53,712 nucleotides of DNA from Candidatus Aenigmatarchaeota archaeon (lineage in GTDB: Archaea; Aenigmatarchaeota; Aenigmatarchaeia; CG10238-14; SpSt-28), in contig JAWAZZ010000004.1 in assembly GCA_038997305.1 (NCBI GenBank), forward strand, positions 1 through 53,712, written 5' to 3'. Under the pieces are notes generated by a model, which was not told the origin of the DNA, searched no databases, and worked only from the letters and a program-made list of their open reading frames with translations. The translations under genes and the position numbers were made by a program. Position 1 is the first letter of the stretch, and every line of letters begins with the position of its first letter. Below are positions 48,932-53,712 of the stretch, piece by piece.

Positions 48932-49540
48932 ATGATGAAAAATAGCACCAAAAACTTTAGGAGAAAAACTCAAGACCTGAAGAGTTATATGCATCTCCCG
49001 AGGAGTATTTTGAAGATTTAAAATTAACTTCAGGTTATATAAGAGCACAAACTAAGCTAACTCTTGAATTATTAGATTTGATGAAAATGGGACCAGGAGC
49101 TAAAGTTTTGGATCTTGGTTGTGGTTTTGGAATAACATCAGAAATATTAAAAGAACTTGGATATAAAGTTGTTGGAATAGATATAAGTAAGAGGATGGTT
49201 GAACATTGTAGAGAGAGGTATTGAAGTTGTTTTGGGTGACTTTAGAGAATTAGAAAAATATTTTGAAAAGGATGAATTTGATTATGGTATTTCCGTTTCT
49301 TCTCTCCAATGGATTTCAAAAGACAAAAACTCGTTAATTAAATTCGCTAAAGGTTGTAATTATGTAATCAAAAGAAGTCTTGGAATTCAATTCTATCCTT
49401 ATTCCTTTAAAGAGTTAGAAGAGGTAGTGAGAATTTTGAGAAAATTCTTTGGTCTAACTGAATATTATATATTTGGTAAAGGGACTAAAAAAGAGAGAAT
49501 TTATGTCATCTCAAAAAAGATAAGTCAAAAGAGTTTTTAA
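48932..49540 (+). pseudogene. Frameshifted Bud23/WBSCR22-like class I SAM methyltransferase
   Basis: Frame 48961-49224 reads SRPEELYASPEEYF..AQTKLTLELL..VLDLGCGFG..GIDISKRM. A second frame (49199-49540) continues FDYGISVSSLQW..QFYP. Breaks at A5 (48964-68) and (AG)4 (49210-17). Confidence 0.8.
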
Positions 49541-49686
49541 AATGTTTAAAATAAAATTTGTTTTTTAACAGAAAAATATAAAAATTAAATACAAAGTTTC
49601 TTTTCGGTACATCATCTAAAATAATAATAAAATAATTAATATAACAACATAATAAAAAAGATAGATTATCAAAATCAAAAATCTAT

Positions 49687-49759
49687 TGGGGCGGGAGGGA
49701 TTCGAACCCTCGACCTTCCGGTCTTCAGCCGGACGCTCTCCCAGCTGAGCTACCGCCCC
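49687..49759 (-). tRNA. tRNA-Phe(GAA)
   Basis: Minus strand GGGGCGG..TCCGG-CT GAA GA-CCGGA..GAGGG-TTCGAAT-CCCTC-CCGCCCC-A. Confidence 0.96.
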
Positions 49760-49801
49760 TTATAAAAAATATTTAAAATATTCACTATTTAATTTTTAAT
49801 A

Positions 49802-49999
49802 ATGGGAAGAGTAAGAACAAGGGATATAAAAAATTTAGCATTAAAAATTTTAGAACAACATAGAGATAAGTTTACAACAGATTTTGAAAAAAATAAGCAA
49901 ATAATAAATCAGCTCTATTATTTTTATTCCAAAAAGATAAGAAATAAAATTGTTGGATACATTACAAAACTGGTTAAAAAATCCTCTAAAGCTTCTTAG
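49802..49999 (+). CDS. rps17e: 30S ribosomal protein S17e
   Basis: MGRVRT..IK..A..F..DFE.NK..SKKIRNKIVGYIT. Confidence 0.96.
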   Translation: MGRVRTRDIKNLALKILEQHRDKFTTDFEKNKQIINQLYYFYSKKIRNKIVGYITKLVKKSSKAS

Positions 50000-50607
50000 A
50001 TCTCAAACCTAAGTAAAGCAGCTATTTTCATCTTATCACAAAATTCTTTATCATCTATTAAAGCTATTTTTGAGTTTTGTTTTAATGCTTTAATTATTTT
50101 ATCAAACGAATCAATAAACATATGTTTACATATATAAAGCTTTTCAACTATTCCATATTCTAAATATTCATCAATCTTGTCTTTATCCGTAACAAATCTT
50201 TTTGAATTTTGAAAAATATGAATTTTTATTTCCTCTGCTTTTCCAAACTCAAAATTCCTTAATTTTTCTAAAATTAACTTAGATTTTTCATCTACCTTAT
50301 TTTTGTTTATTATTAATTCTTTTCCTATTTCTATGTTTTCGCCGTGGTGACCTTTATCTAACCTTTCGCTAGAAACTTCTTCAATCTTTCCAACAATTCT
50401 ACCCTTTTCAAAATTAACTTTTTCAATTCTTATTTTAGCGAAAGCTTCGATTCTATCTAAAAACTTCCCATCTTTTTTAGAATATACATTCCTTATTATT
50501 TTCATCTCAACCACATCAAACCTATTTATTAAAAACAAAGTTAAAAATTTTTCTATTTCATTCTCAACTTTAACATATATTTTATCTGAATTTAATAATT
50601 TAATCAT
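49996..50607 (-). CDS. pelA: Short Pelota/Dom34 homologue (N and C domains only)
   Basis: N-domain pattern V.VEN..DVV....R..I.IEKV.F..RI.GKI....GHH..I..GKEL.I.K, and C-domain G.VEKLYI..IAALLRFEI. Confidence 0.7.
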   Translation of the reverse strand: MIKLLNSDKIYVKVENEIEKFLTLFLINRFDVVEMKIIRNVYSKKDGKFLDRIEAFAKIRIEKVNFEKGRIVGKIEEVSSERLDKGHHGENIEIGKELIINKNKVDEKSKLILEKLRNFEFGKAEEIKIHIFQNSKRFVTDKDKIDEYLEYGIVEKLYICKHMFIDSFDKIIKALKQNSKIALIDDKEFCDKMKIAALLRFEI

Positions 50608-50616
50608 AAATATTTT

Positions 50617-51525
50617 ATGTCAGAAAAAGTTCCTATACTCTCCATAGACGAATTCTCAATAATACTAATAGGAGCTTTAATATTTTTTGTTGGAATTGCT
50701 GCAATAAACTATTATGTTTTTACTTCTCAGCAACCAAATATATCTATTCAAAAAAACCAAACAATATTACTCTCAAACTATTTCTTACTTGATGGCTTAT
50801 TAAAGCAAAATGTAATTTTTAGTGAGGAAGATAAAATATACAGAAATTTATTTGAAGAAAAAACTTTTGTCGCAAAACTTCAATTTTCTAAGGAAGAAAT
50901 AAATAATATAGATAGCTTAAAGATAGAGTTTAAGAGTGAGAGAGGTATTTCTAAACTATATCTATTAGAAGGAAAAAACCTTATAAAGGCGAAAGAAACA
51001 TATACTCAAAGTGAAATAAAACAACAAATGATTTTCATAGCAAAAATAGAAGAATACGACACAACAATACATTATATAATCTTAGCCATACTGTTAGGTT
51101 CTATTGCTGTTTTAGCGATGCTATATAGAGAGCTAATCTATCAAAGAGAAAAAATCAAAATAATAGCAGCGGCTATAATAATAGCACTATCAATAGTTTT
51201 TATATCTTTGGCATTAATAAAAGTCTATGACAATATATCTTTAACAGTATATTCTATAAAAGAAAGAGCTGAAAAAGAATTTACAATACCTTATGTATCA
51301 AACATAACAAAAATGGAAATTTCATTTGATATAGGAGCGAATAGTTTAAGAACAGAAAATCTCAAAATATATTTGAATGATGAATTGATATACGATGCAA
51401 AACCTACTACTTATTCTGTAAGAGTTATTAAATATAATCCTCAACTAAAAAATGTTAATACGTTAAGATTTGAAACCTATAATGCAAAATATGAAATAAA
51501 AAACCTATATATTCTATTTACTTAA
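50617..51525 (+). CDS. Hypothetical membrane protein (about 3 TM)
   Basis: 302-aa ORF with an N-terminal TM, an internal TM pair and beta-rich soluble parts. Confidence 0.7.
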   Translation: MSEKVPILSIDEFSIILIGALIFFVGIAAINYYVFTSQQPNISIQKNQTILLSNYFLLDGLLKQNVIFSEEDKIYRNLFEEKTFVAKLQFSKEEINNIDSLKIEFKSERGISKLYLLEGKNLIKAKETYTQSEIKQQMIFIAKIEEYDTTIHYIILAILLGSIAVLAMLYRELIYQREKIKIIAAAIIIALSIVFISLALIKVYDNISLTVYSIKERAEKEFTIPYVSNITKMEISFDIGANSLRTENLKIYLNDELIYDAKPTTYSVRVIKYNPQLKNVNTLRFETYNAKYEIKNLYILFT

Positions 51526-51531
51526 TTTATT

Positions 51532-52848
51532 ATGACTTCAATAGTTTTTGCTTTCGAAGTTCATCAACCATTTAGATTAAGAGAATTCGTAAATGAGAAC
51601 TCTTCGAATTTATTAGAAAGATATTTTGATATAGAGTTAAACAAGTTCTATTTAAATAGAATTTCTGAAAAATGTTACCTAAAGGCTAATGAGATTATTT
51701 TAGATTTGATAGATCAATTTAAGAAAGAAAAGAAAAAATTTAAAGTTGCATTTTCTATTAGCGGAATATTCTTAGAAGCTTTAGAAAAATATAGAAAAGA
51801 TGTTTTGGAAAGTTTCAGAGAATTGGCAAAGAAGAAAGAAGTAGAAATATTATGTGAAACTTATTATCATTCTATTGTTTCTCTGCATGCTGATTATGAA
51901 GAATTTATTAAGCAAATAGAAATGCAAAGAGAAACTCTAAATTCTTTATTAAATGTTAATCCTAAGGTTTTTGTTAATACTGAAATGATTTTTAACAATA
52001 AAATTGCCAAAGTTGTTGAAGATTTAGGATTTAAAGCAATTTACACTGAAGGTGTCGAAAGAATTTTAAAATGGAAAAGCCCAAACTATGTATATGTTAG
52101 AAAGTATGCATTTCCTAACGATCCGATACCTAAAAAAAGGATTAAAATACTATTAAGAAATTATAGATTGAGTGATGATATAGCATTTAGATTCTCAGCA
52201 AGAAATTGGGATCAATGGCCATTAACAGCTGATAAATATGCTTCTTGGTTAGCGGCAACGCCTGGAGATGTAATAAACATTTTCATAGATTATGAAACTT
52301 TTGGAGAACATCATTGGGAGGAAAGTGGAATATTTTGGTTTTTAAAAGCGTTGCCTCATTATGTTTTGAAATATGAACATTTAGAATTCGATTTGCCAAG
52401 CGAAGTAATAAAAAAGTATAATATCGTAGGTGAGTATGATGTTTTTGAATTATCTTCTATTTCTTGGGCAGATAGTGATAAAGATGTTAGTGCTTGGTTA
52501 GGAAATGAAATGCAATTAAGAAGTTTCGAAGAAGTTATGAAATTAAGAAACAAAGTTTTAGAAACAAACGATGAAGAACTGTACAAAATATGGCAACTCT
52601 TTACTCAAAGTGATATTTATTATTATATGTGTAAAAAATCTCAAGCAGATCAAGATGTGCACCAATATTTTAATCATTATAAAAGTGCTGAAAAAGCTTT
52701 TGTAAGTTTTATGAATATTTTAGCGGATTTTAAAGCTCAGTTAGAAATAAGAAGAATAAGAAAATCTTTGAAAGAAATATTAGCAAGCAAAAACATAATA
52801 GAAAATTTAGAAAAAGAATTAGATATCAAAGTTTATGAAAAAGTTTGA
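51532..52848 (+). CDS. GH57 alpha-amylase-like glycoside hydrolase
   Basis: FEVHQP, ETYYHS, NTE (nucleophile), LSDDIAFRFS, DYETFGEHH, SWAD..AWLGN.MQ, SD..YYM. Confidence 0.93.
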   Translation: MTSIVFAFEVHQPFRLREFVNENSSNLLERYFDIELNKFYLNRISEKCYLKANEIILDLIDQFKKEKKKFKVAFSISGIFLEALEKYRKDVLESFRELAKKKEVEILCETYYHSIVSLHADYEEFIKQIEMQRETLNSLLNVNPKVFVNTEMIFNNKIAKVVEDLGFKAIYTEGVERILKWKSPNYVYVRKYAFPNDPIPKKRIKILLRNYRLSDDIAFRFSARNWDQWPLTADKYASWLAATPGDVINIFIDYETFGEHHWEESGIFWFLKALPHYVLKYEHLEFDLPSEVIKKYNIVGEYDVFELSSISWADSDKDVSAWLGNEMQLRSFEEVMKLRNKVLETNDEELYKIWQLFTQSDIYYYMCKKSQADQDVHQYFNHYKSAEKAFVSFMNILADFKAQLEIRRIRKSLKEILASKNIIENLEKELDIKVYEKV

Positions 52849-53263
52849 AATACTTGAATATCCTACAGCTGATACTGGATTTATAGCATATGGAAAAGAC
52901 TTAAATGAATTATTCGAAAATGCTGCGATAGCAACATATAGCATAATGGTAAATTTAGATAAAGTTGAACCAAAAATAAAAAAGGAAATAAATATTGAGG
53001 CTATAGATTTATATCAACTCATGTTTAAATGGATTAATGAATTGCTTTATTTTTTAGATACAGAGATTTTAGTTTTTAGCAAGTTTAAAGTAAGAATTGA
53101 AGAAAAAGATGGAAAATATTTTTTACACGCAGAAGTTTTTGGAGAAAAGGTAGATAAAAATAAGCATGAATTAGGTACATTGGTTAAGGCATGTAGCTAT
53201 CATAACATGGAAATTAAAAAAGAAGATGACATGTGGAAAGCAAAGGTTATAGTAGATATTTAA
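52835..53263 (+). CDS. Archease (RtcB tRNA-ligase activator)
   Basis: TAD.GF.AYG..L.ELFENAA, W.NELL, VKA.SYH, terminal DI. Confidence 0.92.
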   Translation: MKKFEILEYPTADTGFIAYGKDLNELFENAAIATYSIMVNLDKVEPKIKKEINIEAIDLYQLMFKWINELLYFLDTEILVFSKFKVRIEEKDGKYFLHAEVFGEKVDKNKHELGTLVKACSYHNMEIKKEDDMWKAKVIVDI

Positions 53264-53264
53264 G

Positions 53265-53712
53265 CTAAACATAAAAAGCTGGCACGAAAAATATTTCTGT
53301 GTTTTTATATTTTCTTCTTTCAAATTTATCTAATGTGATTACAATTGCATTTTCTGGATTGTAAGATTCCAAAAACGAATAAAAACCTCTAGAAATATTT
53401 CCACTAAGTTTAACCTCTATAGGAACTATCCTTTCGTTTTTTGATAAAATAAAATCGATTTCAGCTTTTCCCGTAGTTCTCCAATAGTTTATCTTATAAT
53501 CATTGTAATTAGCTATTAATTCCCTATAAATGAAATTTTCCAGCAAAAATCCTTTTTCGCTGTCGCTTCTATTTTCAAAGTTTAAAAAATTGTTTAAAAC
53601 ACTATTCCTTAATCCTAAATCTAAAAAGTATATTTTAAAAGCTTTTTTAATCTCTGTAACTAAGTTTTTGTAAAAAGGTTTTAATATACCTATAATATAG
53701 CTATTTTTTAAT
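53265..53712 (-). CDS. AAA_14/DUF4143 ATPase, C-terminal part (runs off window end)
   Basis: Frame open to the edge: LKPFYKNLVTEIKKAFKIYFLDLGLRN..GFLLENF..YWRT..AEIDF..PIEVK. Confidence 0.88.
   Translation of the reverse strand, partial: LKNSYIIGILKPFYKNLVTEIKKAFKIYFLDLGLRNSVLNNFLNFENRSDSEKGFLLENFIYRELIANYNDYKINYWRTTGKAEIDFILSKNERIVPIEVKLSGNISRGFYSFLESYNPENAIVITLDKFERRKYKNTEIFFVPAFYV

Noticed and set aside
48932-48980. ATGATGA...CTGA spaced like a C/D box sRNA
   Set aside because: D'/C' boxes are poor, the putative guides are A-rich, and both boxes are explained by coding sequence (Met-Met and Pro-Glu codons)
3445-52586. Numerous short ORFs antisense to or nested in long genes (e.g. 3730-4191, 7569-8087, 44558-44983, 47284-47532)
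   Set aside because: They are Phe/Ser/Leu-rich shadows of A-rich coding strands, lie inside confidently identified genes and have no motifs
1-53712. CRISPR array, rRNA, IS/transposase, integrase, tRNA introns or split tRNAs, stop-codon reassignment
   Set aside because: No regularly spaced repeats or GC-rich blocks beyond four complete tRNAs were seen. TAA, TAG and TGA all end conserved genes at expected positions

Overview
This is a compact, strongly AT-rich archaeal chromosome segment with GC-rich, intron-free tRNAs and many overlapping start/stop codons. Reverse gyrase points to a thermophile. The streamlined layout and pilin/adhesin repertoire suggest a DPANN lineage such as Aenigmarchaeota/Nanoarchaeota, but this is inference only. 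Housekeeping content includes rpl44e-rps27e, Rpp29, reverse gyrase, intein-containing PEP synthase, ABCE1, TmcA, rps6e-aIF2gamma-psmA-SBDS-Rrp4/41/42-TIP49, DNA ligase, psmB-FttA, FEN1, Lhr, GatDE, rps17e, GH57 amylase, archease and 4 tRNAs (Arg-TCG, Glu-CTC, Thr-GGT, Phe-GAA). Accessory content includes a type IV pilus-like operon, a DUF2341 adhesin-like gene, a CWB2-cupredoxin surface protein, two AAA_14/DUF4143 ATPases, a Uma2-like protein and an HExxH protein. Features missing from the ORF track include rps27e, a 57-aa membrane protein, a 27-aa Lys/Ala/Arg histone-H1-like peptide gene and a doubly frameshifted Bud23/WBSCR22-like methyltransferase. Other highlights are a Pelota lacking its middle domain, an aIF2gamma with a eukaryote-type GHVAHGK P-loop, prepilins with Leu at -1, and a circularly permuted lectin-like domain inserted in DUF2341. 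No CRISPR array, rRNA or transposase was seen. All family calls come from motif recognition by eye, not database searches.
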